Assembly (NCBI GenBank): GCA_965204725.1
Contig: OZ242005.1
Location: 5,088,001 to 5,152,000 of the forward strand
Direction of reading: 5' to 3'
Length of the DNA stretch: 64,000 nt
From: Candidatus Latescibacterota bacterium
GTDB lineage: Bacteria > Latescibacterota > UBA2968 > UBA8231
Within the stretch, counting starts at the first letter, position 1. Every line of letters begins with the position of its first letter. The notes beneath the pieces were generated by a model that saw only the letters and a list, made by a program, of their open reading frames with translations, made no database searches and was not told where the DNA came from. Below are positions 18,114 through 27,425 of this stretch, one piece after another. Made by a program: the position numbers and the translations under genes.

Positions 18114-19684
18114 ACAGTATTGAAACTGATAAGGTATGCAAATTGATTTGCGAAATAAAAGACAAGGCCAAGGAAAAAGGTTATGACCTTTACCGCGGGG
18201 AGCCTAATAGTGAATACCCCAGCGTGTCCCCAAGTCTCTGTCGTAAACTATTGTCATTTGGGCACGAGAAATTTGGCCCCGACAACGAAGAATTTAATCT
18301 TGGGCTTGACTGGTTCTATCCTAGTCAATTTCAAGAAACAATCACAGAAAGAGCGATGACTCATTTGGAGCGTGATGACGAAAGGAGGATTATTATAGAT
18401 ATTCAGCATCAAGGTGGGATATCTTTCTTGATTGATTTCACCAACGATCTTTATATAGCACTGTTCTTTGCCTGTAATAAACTTGCTAGCAAAAATGGAA
18501 GGGTTATCTTGGCAAAGAAATTAAACTATTCACAAGATCAACTTTTTGTTCCTCCAGATTCACATGGTCGAGGAAAAAGTCAGAGCAGTGTTTTGATTTG
18601 TCCTGAAAAAGGTGCCATGGATGAGAGTGAATATGAAGAAATTGAAATTCCCCAAGAATATAAACTCCCAATCCTTATGTACTTAAGGGATCGCGGAATA
18701 TCAGTGAAAAAAGTGTATCCAGATATTCAGGGGTTTATCGATGCGGAGAAGTCTTATTGGGATGCCTTTGCTAAGAAACTGGCGGGAGGACAGGCTTGGG
18801 CTATGGGATACACCTATCAAGCCATTAAGTTTTACAAGGAGGCAACAGACATTAAGACCGACTACAAGGAGGCATATCACGCACTCAATTCCATATATTT
18901 AACTCGCGCCCACAGGTCTCGATTTCCGCGTAAAGAAATAGCAAAGGCCGAGGAGAATCTTGTTGCTGTTCAATCGTTTAATCCATATTGCACTTTCATG
19001 GGTAGTTTTAATCCCGATCCCGCTTGTGACTCAGGGTTGACTATCCGGGAAGCAGAATTAAACAGTGGCGATTCTTTTGATTATCTCTGGCTGGACGGGG
19101 AAATAAGGGATGTGATGTTTAAGTATGGAGAGCTTGACGTGGAGTCTGAGCAAGAATGGGGAAGGATGAGAGCCGATGATCACAATAAGGTAATAAAGTG
19201 GCTTTCTGCTCGTGACTTGATAGGGAAACTCATCCCCAACAAGACGATAAATCTCAGGTCTGGTCATGTTGTTGTTTGCTATGACTCGGGTATGCTTTAC
19301 CTGTGTCTTGGGCTTCCTAGAGGTAAAAGCCAATTTGTCCCAGCGATAAAATTTCTAAATACGGCAATATGTCGTATTCCAGATTTTATCTTTGCCTACG
19401 CTTTACGCGCCAAGATTTACAAGGCAATGAACAAAAACAGCGATGCCAACCGGGACATTGTTGTGGCGAACAAGATCAATAGAAGGAAAAGGTATCCAAT
19501 TCCTGTTGATTACCTTCGGTCATTCATAAGCGATCCTCTCCCTGAGTACCCAAAATGGATATACGATACTCCACGGGAAGGCTCGTATAGTCAAACCCTT
19601 TATGCACCCAGGGACACGGAGAATCTCCCCTTTTGGCTTTACGCAGAATCATCCGAGCCTATAAAGGGAGACTTAGACACATAA
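18110..19684 (+). CDS. FRG-domain protein with TPR-like repeats
   Basis: FRG motifs LYRGE, PSL.R, QHQG...LIDFT.D..IALFFAC and Q.SV; TPR-like helices (AIKFYKEA...YKEAY; AIKFLNTAI...AYALRA). Confidence 0.8.
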   Translation: MNSIETDKVCKLICEIKDKAKEKGYDLYRGEPNSEYPSVSPSLCRKLLSFGHEKFGPDNEEFNLGLDWFYPSQFQETITERAMTHLERDDERRIIIDIQHQGGISFLIDFTNDLYIALFFACNKLASKNGRVILAKKLNYSQDQLFVPPDSHGRGKSQSSVLICPEKGAMDESEYEEIEIPQEYKLPILMYLRDRGISVKKVYPDIQGFIDAEKSYWDAFAKKLAGGQAWAMGYTYQAIKFYKEATDIKTDYKEAYHALNSIYLTRAHRSRFPRKEIAKAEENLVAVQSFNPYCTFMGSFNPDPACDSGLTIREAELNSGDSFDYLWLDGEIRDVMFKYGELDVESEQEWGRMRADDHNKVIKWLSARDLIGKLIPNKTINLRSGHVVVCYDSGMLYLCLGLPRGKSQFVPAIKFLNTAICRIPDFIFAYALRAKIYKAMNKNSDANRDIVVANKINRRKRYPIPVDYLRSFISDPLPEYPKWIYDTPREGSYSQTLYAPRDTENLPFWLYAESSEPIKGDLDT

Positions 19685-19747
19685 TCATCCACCGAAAAGT
19701 CATGTGAGCTAGTTTCTTTTTAACAATGTACGATCGGAGAATCCCTC

Positions 19748-20077
19748 ATGCCCAAACGAAAAGCAGGCAAAACCATCGAGAGCACGTTTAACGAGGCGTT
19801 AGGCTTGGCTCTTGCCTCGACGACGGCCCGCTGGCGATCCGACTCTAGCATTATTCAAAAGGACAACCGCGGCAAGCACCCGGATATTTTAATCGCGGAT
19901 CCCTTGTCGCCGCTGGTGATCATCGAGACGTCCTTTATCAAAGCGGACACGGACAGAGACGCCGCCGAGCGGCTTGGCGCACGGGATAATCAATTACTCA
20001 ACCACTATCAGAAAGGCTATTCAAATGATAGAACGGCTGATAGAACGACTAAAAGAATTCGATGCGCTGCGCGATGA
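19748..20077 (+). pseudogene. N-terminal stub of a PD-(D/E)xK restriction-endonuclease domain (Type IIG-like)
   Basis: E.TFN.AL...HPDILI...LVIIETS...DA.ERLG resembles Type IIG N-termini; the similarity stops after about 78 codons. Confidence 0.5.
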
Positions 20078-22271
20078 CGATAAAATAAAAACAGGTACTG
20101 TTGATTGCATCGAACCACAATATGCAGACGAGTGGCCTGATCAGCTACACCCGTCCGTTCGCGATGCACTAACCACTATTCGGCCATATCGTCATCAGGC
20201 CGACGCCATCATCAGGTCGCTGAGTGGCGTAGACGTAGTTATGGAATCGCCTACCGCTAGTGGAAAGACACTGGCGTTCGCCGCACCAATGCTCGACGCC
20301 TTGATGCGAAACAGGGGGTCTCATGCGTTGATGGTCTACCCCATGAAGGCGTTAGCTTTTGATCAAAGGGAGCAAATTCGGAAAGTCTGCGAACCTCTTG
20401 GGATCGACTCGTGGCCCTACGATGGTGACACCGAAGAGCAACACAAAACCTTGCTAAGAAGAGACCCGCCGCAAATTTTGTTGACCAACCCCGAATACCT
20501 GAATATGTCATTTCTGGGGTATCGAGAACAATGGGAAAGATTCCTGCAAAACCTACAGTATATAGTCATTGACGAAATGCACGAATACCGGGGCTTTTTC
20601 GGCGGCAACATGGCACTTTTGCTGAGGCGATTCTTTCTGCACCTAGAGCGGATTGGCGCATCTCCCCATGTGTTCCTCTCAACGGCAACCTGTGCCAACC
20701 CTTCTGAGCACGCCAAGAGGCTCACAGGCCGGGACGTGGAAGTCGTATCAGCGAGAGGAGTATTGCGTCCGAAAAGACATTTCATATTTGTCAATCCTGA
20801 TAATATTCCCGACTTCAGGTATAGAGAGATTCTCCAATTGCGTGTTGAGCAAACCGCGCTGACCGTTCTTGCCGAGAGACTACAGGCACTGGTATTTTGC
20901 CCGACAAAGCGATTCCTTGAAGACGCCTTTCGTAACTGCCAGCGCAAGGCCGAAGAACTCGGGCTAGACCGCGAGAGAATATCTGCGTTCCACGCCGACT
21001 TAAAGAACGAAGATCGGCAGGATATACAGCAGAAAATCAAATTGGGCCACATCAGTGTGGTGTTTACGACCAACGCCTTGGAACTTGGATTGGACATTGG
21101 CGGATTGGATGGAATTATACTGGCCGGATTTCCGTCCAATATTATGTCCGCTTGGCAGCAAATCGGGCGGGCTGGACGAGGTTGGAACAAGGAGGCATTT
21201 GTGTTGTTTTATGCCATGAACGATCCGATTGACCGCTTTTTCGTAGGTAACTTGGACGCTTTTCTGAATAAGCCCTTTGACGAACTGGTGGTCGACCCGG
21301 AGAACGAACAACTGATTGAAAACCACCTTGCCACACTCATAGCAGAAACCGACGGAGAATTGCATCCCTCGGACGAATCCATCCTCGGCAGCGCATTCTA
21401 CAACAAAGCGAAAGAGAACGGCGGAAGGCCTCCCCGAGGTAGTTATAATCCACACCCTCGTCTGAATATGCGCGGCGGAATCGGTCCGTCTTTTAAGTTG
21501 AAACGCGGTAATGAGGAAGTGGGGCAGATCTCGGCAATGCGGCGGTTCCGCGAAGCCTACATCGGTGCCATATTTACCTTTTTTGGACAGAAGTACCTCG
21601 TGCATTCCCACGAACAGGAAGCCGTTGTCTTGGCCGAGGCTGAGCCTAATCTGAGAACTGATGCCGGTTTTTTTACAGTACTGTCTCCAAAGGACATTTT
21701 CAAAGGATATGCTTATGGAGACATTGAGGTCTATTATGGCTCGCTGAATCTCGTGGTAAACTTCACTGGCTACAAGTTGGTGGACGAGCACACGGGAGAA
21801 GAGAGAGATTCTGTCCGCTCTAGCGAGGCACATTACGAAAATAACCTGCACTCCTTCTGGATAGACTTTCCGGCAGATGGATGTTCCACTGCTGGAATTG
21901 GCGCACTAGAACACATGATCCGGGTTGGTGCCATGTTTGTGATTCCGGCTGACCGGTTTGACACCAGTACTTACTCAAAGACTAACGACAATCCCACAGC
22001 TTATTATTACGAAAATTATTCCGGCGGTATTGGCGTTGCCAAAAAACTGTTCGAGGTATGGCAACAGGCCCTGGGAAAAGGGATTGAGATTGCCCGCAAT
22101 TGCGAATGCGGGTTGGGATGCCAGAATTGTATTGAGCCGGCCAAGTCCTACAATATCAGCAATGAGGATATTGACAAAGTGCGCGGCATTGAACTGGCAA
22201 ACAATCTTCTTGCAGCAGTGGACCGCGGCCCCAGCTACCAATTCCGCAATGGACGAATGGTTCCATTGTAA
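20025..22271 (+). CDS. SF2 DEAH helicase with C-terminal DUF1998 Zn domain (MrfA/Hrq1-like)
   Basis: PTASGKT, YPMKALA.DQ, TNPEYL, IDEMH, TNALELGLDIG, QQIGRAGR; C-terminal GG.G and CECGLGCQNC. Confidence 0.9.
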   Translation: MIERLIERLKEFDALRDDDKIKTGTVDCIEPQYADEWPDQLHPSVRDALTTIRPYRHQADAIIRSLSGVDVVMESPTASGKTLAFAAPMLDALMRNRGSHALMVYPMKALAFDQREQIRKVCEPLGIDSWPYDGDTEEQHKTLLRRDPPQILLTNPEYLNMSFLGYREQWERFLQNLQYIVIDEMHEYRGFFGGNMALLLRRFFLHLERIGASPHVFLSTATCANPSEHAKRLTGRDVEVVSARGVLRPKRHFIFVNPDNIPDFRYREILQLRVEQTALTVLAERLQALVFCPTKRFLEDAFRNCQRKAEELGLDRERISAFHADLKNEDRQDIQQKIKLGHISVVFTTNALELGLDIGGLDGIILAGFPSNIMSAWQQIGRAGRGWNKEAFVLFYAMNDPIDRFFVGNLDAFLNKPFDELVVDPENEQLIENHLATLIAETDGELHPSDESILGSAFYNKAKENGGRPPRGSYNPHPRLNMRGGIGPSFKLKRGNEEVGQISAMRRFREAYIGAIFTFFGQKYLVHSHEQEAVVLAEAEPNLRTDAGFFTVLSPKDIFKGYAYGDIEVYYGSLNLVVNFTGYKLVDEHTGEERDSVRSSEAHYENNLHSFWIDFPADGCSTAGIGALEHMIRVGAMFVIPADRFDTSTYSKTNDNPTAYYYENYSGGIGVAKKLFEVWQQALGKGIEIARNCECGLGCQNCIEPAKSYNISNEDIDKVRGIELANNLLAAVDRGPSYQFRNGRMVPL

Positions 22272-22343
22272 CAGTATCGGTGTGTCCCGCCCAATCCAGT
22301 ACATCCAAACCATCATTCCTCCACTCACTATCAGGACTAAAGA

Positions 22344-22865
22344 ATGATTGCCGCCTTCGCCCTGTGCGTCTTCCTTGCTGCCAGCAGTGCCCACACGGAA
22401 TACGCCGAGCGCGGGAAATTCGTGCTCGCCCCTTCCGGTGCGCTCGACATCGGCCTCTACGGATACGCCAATCCCGCGTTGCTCAGCTATGTCGAAGGCT
22501 TAGAGCAGGGCGTTGCTTGGTCGGACAGCAGCTCGGTCCATCGCGCCGGACTCGGTCGAAGTTATTGCCCAAGGCCGAGTCTGGAGCGGCCAACGCGCCG
22601 TGCAGTTCGGCCTCGCCGACCGAATCGGGGCCTCGAAGCGGCCATCGCGCTAGCCAAAGAAAAAATCGGGCTGTCGGCGGACGCGATCGTCGAACTGATG
22701 GAGCGCCCTCGGCCCAAGCTGTTTTCGCCCGCGTTTTTTCGCCCGCGCCTGTTGGGCCTCGCCGCACAGCCCACCCCCGAACTCGACTACCTGCAATTTC
22801 GTCTCCAGCACAATGGGTTGCCTTTGTTGCTGGTTCCCGCCCACCATGTAGCACGGAGAAAAACC
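22344..22865 (+). pseudogene. sppA: Signal peptide peptidase SppA remnant (large internal deletion plus frameshift)
   Basis: A signal peptide is followed by an alternative frame at 22555-22630 reading VEVIAQGRVWSGQRAVQFGLADRIG, continuing as GLEAAIALAKEKIGL, which is the hallmark SppA C-terminal motif. Confidence 0.7.
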
Positions 22866-23978
22866 ATGAGTAAGGAAGCCCGCGCCCTGTACGCGGATAT
22901 GGGGGCGACGCCCGTGATCAACGCCCTCGGTCCGCGCACCCTCTTAGGGGGATCGTCCCCCCACCCGGACCTTATCGCCGCTATGGAACTGGCTGGCCGG
23001 TACTACGTTGACATGGATGCCTTCTTGGCGAGTACGGGGCGGATCGTCGCCGACCTGCTCGGGGCCGAGGCCGCGCTGATTACCCCGGGCTGCGCGGCCG
23101 CGTTGGTCCTCGGCACGGCCGCTTGCCTAACCGGCGCAGACCCCAAGAAAATGGCCCGCCTGCCCGATGCGACCGGGATGCCCAACCAAGTGGTCATCCA
23201 AAAGGCCCAGCGCTACAAATACGACCGCATGGTGCGCCTGCCCGGCGGCATTCTCGTGGAGGCGGGCACCGAGCAAGGCACCACAGCCGACGAGCTCGCC
23301 GCGGCTTTCGGCCCCCAAACGGCCGCCCTCCTCTACCCGGCCATCGACAACCCCGCCGCCATCGTCCCGCTGGCCACGGCCATTGACATCGCCCATGCCC
23401 ACGACGTGCCGGTCTTCGTGGATGCGGCTTTCCGCGTCTATCCCCTAGATGGCTTAACCCAATACATCGCGGCCGGGGCCGATTTAGTCGGCTACGGGGC
23501 CAAGTACGTGGGTGCGCCCAATTCTTCGGGCATCCTCTGCGGCCGCGCCGACTTAATCGAAGCCGCCCACTTGCACAGCTTCGCCTGCTTTGAAACCCGC
23601 GACCTAGAAGGGGTTGGCCGCCCGCTCAAAATCGACCGCCAAGAGGTCGTCGGCGTGGTCGTGGCCCTGCGTCGCTGGCTGGCCATGGACCACGACGCCC
23701 GCAATCGAGGCGACGCCCGCCGCGCCGAGACCGTGCGTCAGTGCCTAGGCCAACTCCCCCACGTGCAAAGCTCGGTCCATGGCGCGTCCCTGACCCTGAC
23801 CTTGGACGAACAAGCCCTCGGCCGCACCGCTGCCGACCTAGAAGAAGCCCTGCGCAACGGCAATCCCGCAGTCTGGCTCTCAGCCGCCCCGGGCCAGCTT
23901 CACTTGTCCATGCCCACAGTAGCCGACGGCGACGAGGAGCTTTTGGCTGCACAACTGAAGAAGGCGTTAAGTAGTTAG
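22866..23978 (+). CDS. SelA/DgaE-like PLP-dependent enzyme
   Basis: PVINA.G..T.LGGS, G.AAAL, VDAA, GADLV.YGAK (PLP lysine) and GRPLK.D motifs; RBS GGAG before ATG 22866. Confidence 0.8.
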   Translation: MSKEARALYADMGATPVINALGPRTLLGGSSPHPDLIAAMELAGRYYVDMDAFLASTGRIVADLLGAEAALITPGCAAALVLGTAACLTGADPKKMARLPDATGMPNQVVIQKAQRYKYDRMVRLPGGILVEAGTEQGTTADELAAAFGPQTAALLYPAIDNPAAIVPLATAIDIAHAHDVPVFVDAAFRVYPLDGLTQYIAAGADLVGYGAKYVGAPNSSGILCGRADLIEAAHLHSFACFETRDLEGVGRPLKIDRQEVVGVVVALRRWLAMDHDARNRGDARRAETVRQCLGQLPHVQSSVHGASLTLTLDEQALGRTAADLEEALRNGNPAVWLSAAPGQLHLSMPTVADGDEELLAAQLKKALSS

Positions 23979-23987
23979 TGGGCTGGG

Positions 23988-25757
23988 ATGAGCACGGCAC
24001 AACAACAAGCCGAGGGGCTCGCGGCCGGGCTGTATGCCCATCAGGTCGAGGGCGTCGCCTTTTTGTTGGGTCGTCAGCGGGCGATCCTCGCCGACGACAT
24101 GGGGCTGGGCAAGACTCGGCAGTCCGTGCTGGCCATGCGCCAAGCCCGACCCGAGGGGCCGTATCTAGTCGTCTGCCCGGCCGCGGTCAAGACCAACTGG
24201 GCGCGCGAGATCGAACTGGTGCTGCCAGCGACCGAGGTCGCCATCGTCGGCCCCGCACCCGCGCCGACGCCCGGTTATAGCGGCTGGGTCGTCATCAACT
24301 ACGACATCCTCGCCAAACACCCGCTGGCAGCCCACGCTTGGAGCGGCTTAGTCTTCGACGAGGCCCACTATCTCAAGAACTACCGCAGCCAGCGACATCG
24401 CCTGTCGCTGGACTTGGTTAAGGCCGTTGGCGACGAGGCGGTGGTCCACCTTTTGACCGGCACACCGCTGACGAGTCGACCGCGCGATCTCTTTCCCTTG
24501 TTGCAGTTGGTGCGCCATGCGCTCGGGCGTTCATTCGTCTCGTTTGCCAAACGCTACTGCGACGGGTACAAAGGCGACTACGGCTGGGTCGCCGATGGGG
24601 CCTCCAATATCGAGGAGTTGACCGTGCAGTTGCACGGCATCATGCTGCGCCGCACCAAGGCCGAGGTGCTCGACCTACCGCCCAAGATCCGCAGTTGGCT
24701 CGACGTGGCGGTCGCCAGCCGGGTGGCGTGCGAGATGAGCGAGGTGGTGATGGAGCTGTTGCACACCATCTCGCGCCGGGGCCAAGCCGAGCTCGTCGGC
24801 GAGACCGAGGCGGAGCGTCGCTCTCGCCAAGGCTGGGTCATGGGCCAGTTGACCACGGCGCGCAACCGCTTGGCCATCGCCAAGGTCCGCAGTACGATTC
24901 CCTTTGTCGAAAACGCGCTCGAACAGGGCGAGAAGGTGCTGGTCTTCTCGTGTTTTCTGGCGCCGGTCAACACGCTGCGCAAGCACTTTGGTCAGAAGGC
25001 CGTAGCCATCACCGGCGAGGTGCCAGCGAGCGCACGGCAATCACTAGCCGACCGCTTTCAGCAGGACGACTCCGTGCAGGTGCTGGCCGCGCAGATTACC
25101 GCCGGGGGCGTCGGGCTCAACCTCACGGCAGCGCGGCAAGTGATCTTCAACGATCTCGACTGGGTGCCAATTAATCACTGGCAGGCCGAGGACCGGGCCT
25201 ACCGCATTGGGCAACGGCAAGCCGTCAACGTCACCTATATGGTCGGCCGCGGCACAATCGACGAATTCGTCAAGACGGTCCTCGAGACCAAGTCCGCGCT
25301 GATCGACCAACTCGTCGAAGGCAGTGCCTTGCCCGAACACTTCCAGCGCGACGTGATGGACGAGTTGCGGCGAGTGATGGATGTGCTACCCGCCCCATCC
25401 ATCGGCGCGATGGACGAGCGGCAAGTGGTGGAACTGTTGCGCGAGGCCGAGGCGGCTTTTGTTGCCGCACAGCCCGCCGTTGATAAGCCGGCCCAGTCGC
25501 GCTTGCCGTCGGCCGAGGCGGTGCGGGTGTTGGCGCGGGTGTTGGCAGGGCCGGAACGAGCGTTGTACCGGGTGGATAGCTCGTCGAAGCCGGGGGCGTT
25601 CTACGAGTTGGAGGTGGAGGGAAACGATATAAGTTGCAGTTGTAAGGGGTTTGCTTATCGGGGGATTTGCCAACATGCGCGGGCCTTGAAGGAGGCGTTG
25701 GTCAAGGGGGCGCGCTTGCCGGAGAAATTTGTCGCCGTGCGTCAAGCCCCCGCTTAG
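23988..25757 (+). CDS. SNF2-family (HARP/SMARCAL1-like) helicase with C-terminal SWIM zinc finger
   Basis: LADDMGLGKT, DEAHYLKN, LTGTP, LRRTK, GVGLNLT and QAEDRAYRIGQ; C-terminal CSC-x7-CQH. Confidence 0.88.
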   Translation: MSTAQQQAEGLAAGLYAHQVEGVAFLLGRQRAILADDMGLGKTRQSVLAMRQARPEGPYLVVCPAAVKTNWAREIELVLPATEVAIVGPAPAPTPGYSGWVVINYDILAKHPLAAHAWSGLVFDEAHYLKNYRSQRHRLSLDLVKAVGDEAVVHLLTGTPLTSRPRDLFPLLQLVRHALGRSFVSFAKRYCDGYKGDYGWVADGASNIEELTVQLHGIMLRRTKAEVLDLPPKIRSWLDVAVASRVACEMSEVVMELLHTISRRGQAELVGETEAERRSRQGWVMGQLTTARNRLAIAKVRSTIPFVENALEQGEKVLVFSCFLAPVNTLRKHFGQKAVAITGEVPASARQSLADRFQQDDSVQVLAAQITAGGVGLNLTAARQVIFNDLDWVPINHWQAEDRAYRIGQRQAVNVTYMVGRGTIDEFVKTVLETKSALIDQLVEGSALPEHFQRDVMDELRRVMDVLPAPSIGAMDERQVVELLREAEAAFVAAQPAVDKPAQSRLPSAEAVRVLARVLAGPERALYRVDSSSKPGAFYELEVEGNDISCSCKGFAYRGICQHARALKEALVKGARLPEKFVAVRQAPA

Positions 25758-25859
25758 CGGTTTACAAGAGACCCGCGATTGCTCATGGTTAATGTATTCC
25801 TGCCCTATCAACGCCGCTGTCCCGAAAGGCATAGCGCAGAAGAGCTGAGAGGAGACCGC

Positions 25860-26576
25860 ATGACAAGCCGCCGCTGGCGCAAAGCCCAAGCCAGCGAACG
25901 GGACTGGTGGGAGTCCCGCGCCGCCGACATGACCCTAGATTTCTACGCGGCCTTCGCCCAAGCCCTGCGCCGGGAGCTCAACGGTATGCTCACCGTGACG
26001 GCCGACACCCGCATCTTGGAAATCGGCAGTGGTGCGGCCGGTATCCTCACCCATCTCAGCGAGAGCAACTACCGCCACGCCGTTGATCCGCTAGAGGATT
26101 TTTACGCCTCCATCGAACGCTTTCGGGCTTTCCGCGACCCGGCCGTGCAGTACCACGCGGGCGCGGGCGAAAAACTCGACTTCCCGGCCGACCACTTCGA
26201 CTTAGTCATCATGGACAATGTCCTCGACCATTGCGCCGACCCCGAGCAAGTCCTCTTGGAAATGCACCGCGTGCTCAAGCCGGATGGCACGGCCTACTTT
26301 CGCCAGAACACCTACCATTTTTGGGGTCGCTTGGTGCGCGGGCTGATGGAGTGCTTTCAGATAGACCGGGGGCATCCCCATACCTTTTCAAAGCGATACT
26401 TACGGCGTCGCTTCACTCGGCTAGGGCTAACGGTGCGCCGCTTTGAGCGGGGCGGCTATTGGGCCACTTGGCGCGAAGAAATCCGCTCATCCCGCCCGCT
26501 AGACCGGATCAAAGCCCTGCTCTTAGCCACCCGCGATCGCACCCTGTACATCCTACAAAAATCAGCGACTCCCTGA
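25860..26576 (+). CDS. Class I SAM-dependent methyltransferase
   Basis: ILEIGSG, FDLVI..NVLDH and RVLKPDG motifs. Confidence 0.85.
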   Translation: MTSRRWRKAQASERDWWESRAADMTLDFYAAFAQALRRELNGMLTVTADTRILEIGSGAAGILTHLSESNYRHAVDPLEDFYASIERFRAFRDPAVQYHAGAGEKLDFPADHFDLVIMDNVLDHCADPEQVLLEMHRVLKPDGTAYFRQNTYHFWGRLVRGLMECFQIDRGHPHTFSKRYLRRRFTRLGLTVRRFERGGYWATWREEIRSSRPLDRIKALLLATRDRTLYILQKSATP

Positions 26577-26701
26577 CGTTCCGAGCAGCCCGGGACGGGG
26601 AGACGGCCGAGCCGCTATCCGCCAGACGCTACGCGACATAACGCTTGCCAACGAAACATTGCAGTGGACTCGATAATTCACTCTTAGCAAGGAGCCTACA
26701 G

Positions 26702-27346
26702 ATGGCCTTTGAAATTTTCGACTTTCGCCGGGACGAGCACATCAAAAACCTGCTCGTCACCCCCCACATCCGCTCCCGCTTTCTCCGCATGCAGCCGGGC
26801 GCGGTGGCCGACCTGCACAGCCACGATCTCGGCCACGAGATTTTCCTCATCCTGCAAGGCCGCTGCGTCTTTCACATCGCCGGCAGCGAACAGGAGCTAG
26901 GCGCAGGCCAGCTCTGCGTCGCCCTCGCCGATGAGATTCATCAGGTGCGGGCTATCGGCGACGAGCCCATGGTCATGTACCTATCGGTAACGCCCCACAT
27001 CCAGCCGACCCACACCGGCCGCGACCCCGACGGCACTCGCCACCCGACCCGCTTCCAGCCCTCTGGCGCGTACGACGTGGAGACGGATACCGACACGCCC
27101 ATCGACGAACTCATCGACAAATTTACGGCCGCGGCCGACGACTTGGCCCGTGTGGCCGGCGACCAAGCGGCCGCACAACGAGCAAGGAGCGACCAACTCA
27201 AGGCGGCCCTCGCGGCCGGCGACCAAGCACAGGCCACCGAGCTGCGCGAGGCGATATGGCAAGACGTGTATCAGAGCTTCAAGCGGGCCTACGCCTTGGC
27301 CGATCTCTGGAACGACCTGACGCCCCGCGTCGGAAAGGTGGGATAA
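26702..27346 (+). CDS. Cupin-domain protein
   Basis: HSHD..HEIF.ILQG and H.V cupin motifs; RBS AAGGAG. Confidence 0.8.
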   Translation: MAFEIFDFRRDEHIKNLLVTPHIRSRFLRMQPGAVADLHSHDLGHEIFLILQGRCVFHIAGSEQELGAGQLCVALADEIHQVRAIGDEPMVMYLSVTPHIQPTHTGRDPDGTRHPTRFQPSGAYDVETDTDTPIDELIDKFTAAADDLARVAGDQAAAQRARSDQLKAALAAGDQAQATELREAIWQDVYQSFKRAYALADLWNDLTPRVGKVG

Positions 27347-27425
27347 GTCAGGGACGGGAGAGTAGCGGCGGATGATTAAGAAAGTGGAAGCGGAATGGCG
27401 ATTCAGGTAATTGATAACTTCGAGG

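Noticed and set aside
17555-22861. 10-bp direct repeat CACGGAGAAA (17555-17564 and 22852-22861) near both ends of the FRG/helicase island
   Set aside because: Short, contains an RBS-like core and is expected by chance; insufficient as an att site or target duplication.
14194-23978. Selenoprotein (UGA read-through) or tRNA-Sec near selB
   Set aside because: No in-frame UGA interrupting a recognisable domain, and no tRNA-Sec structure was found by eye.
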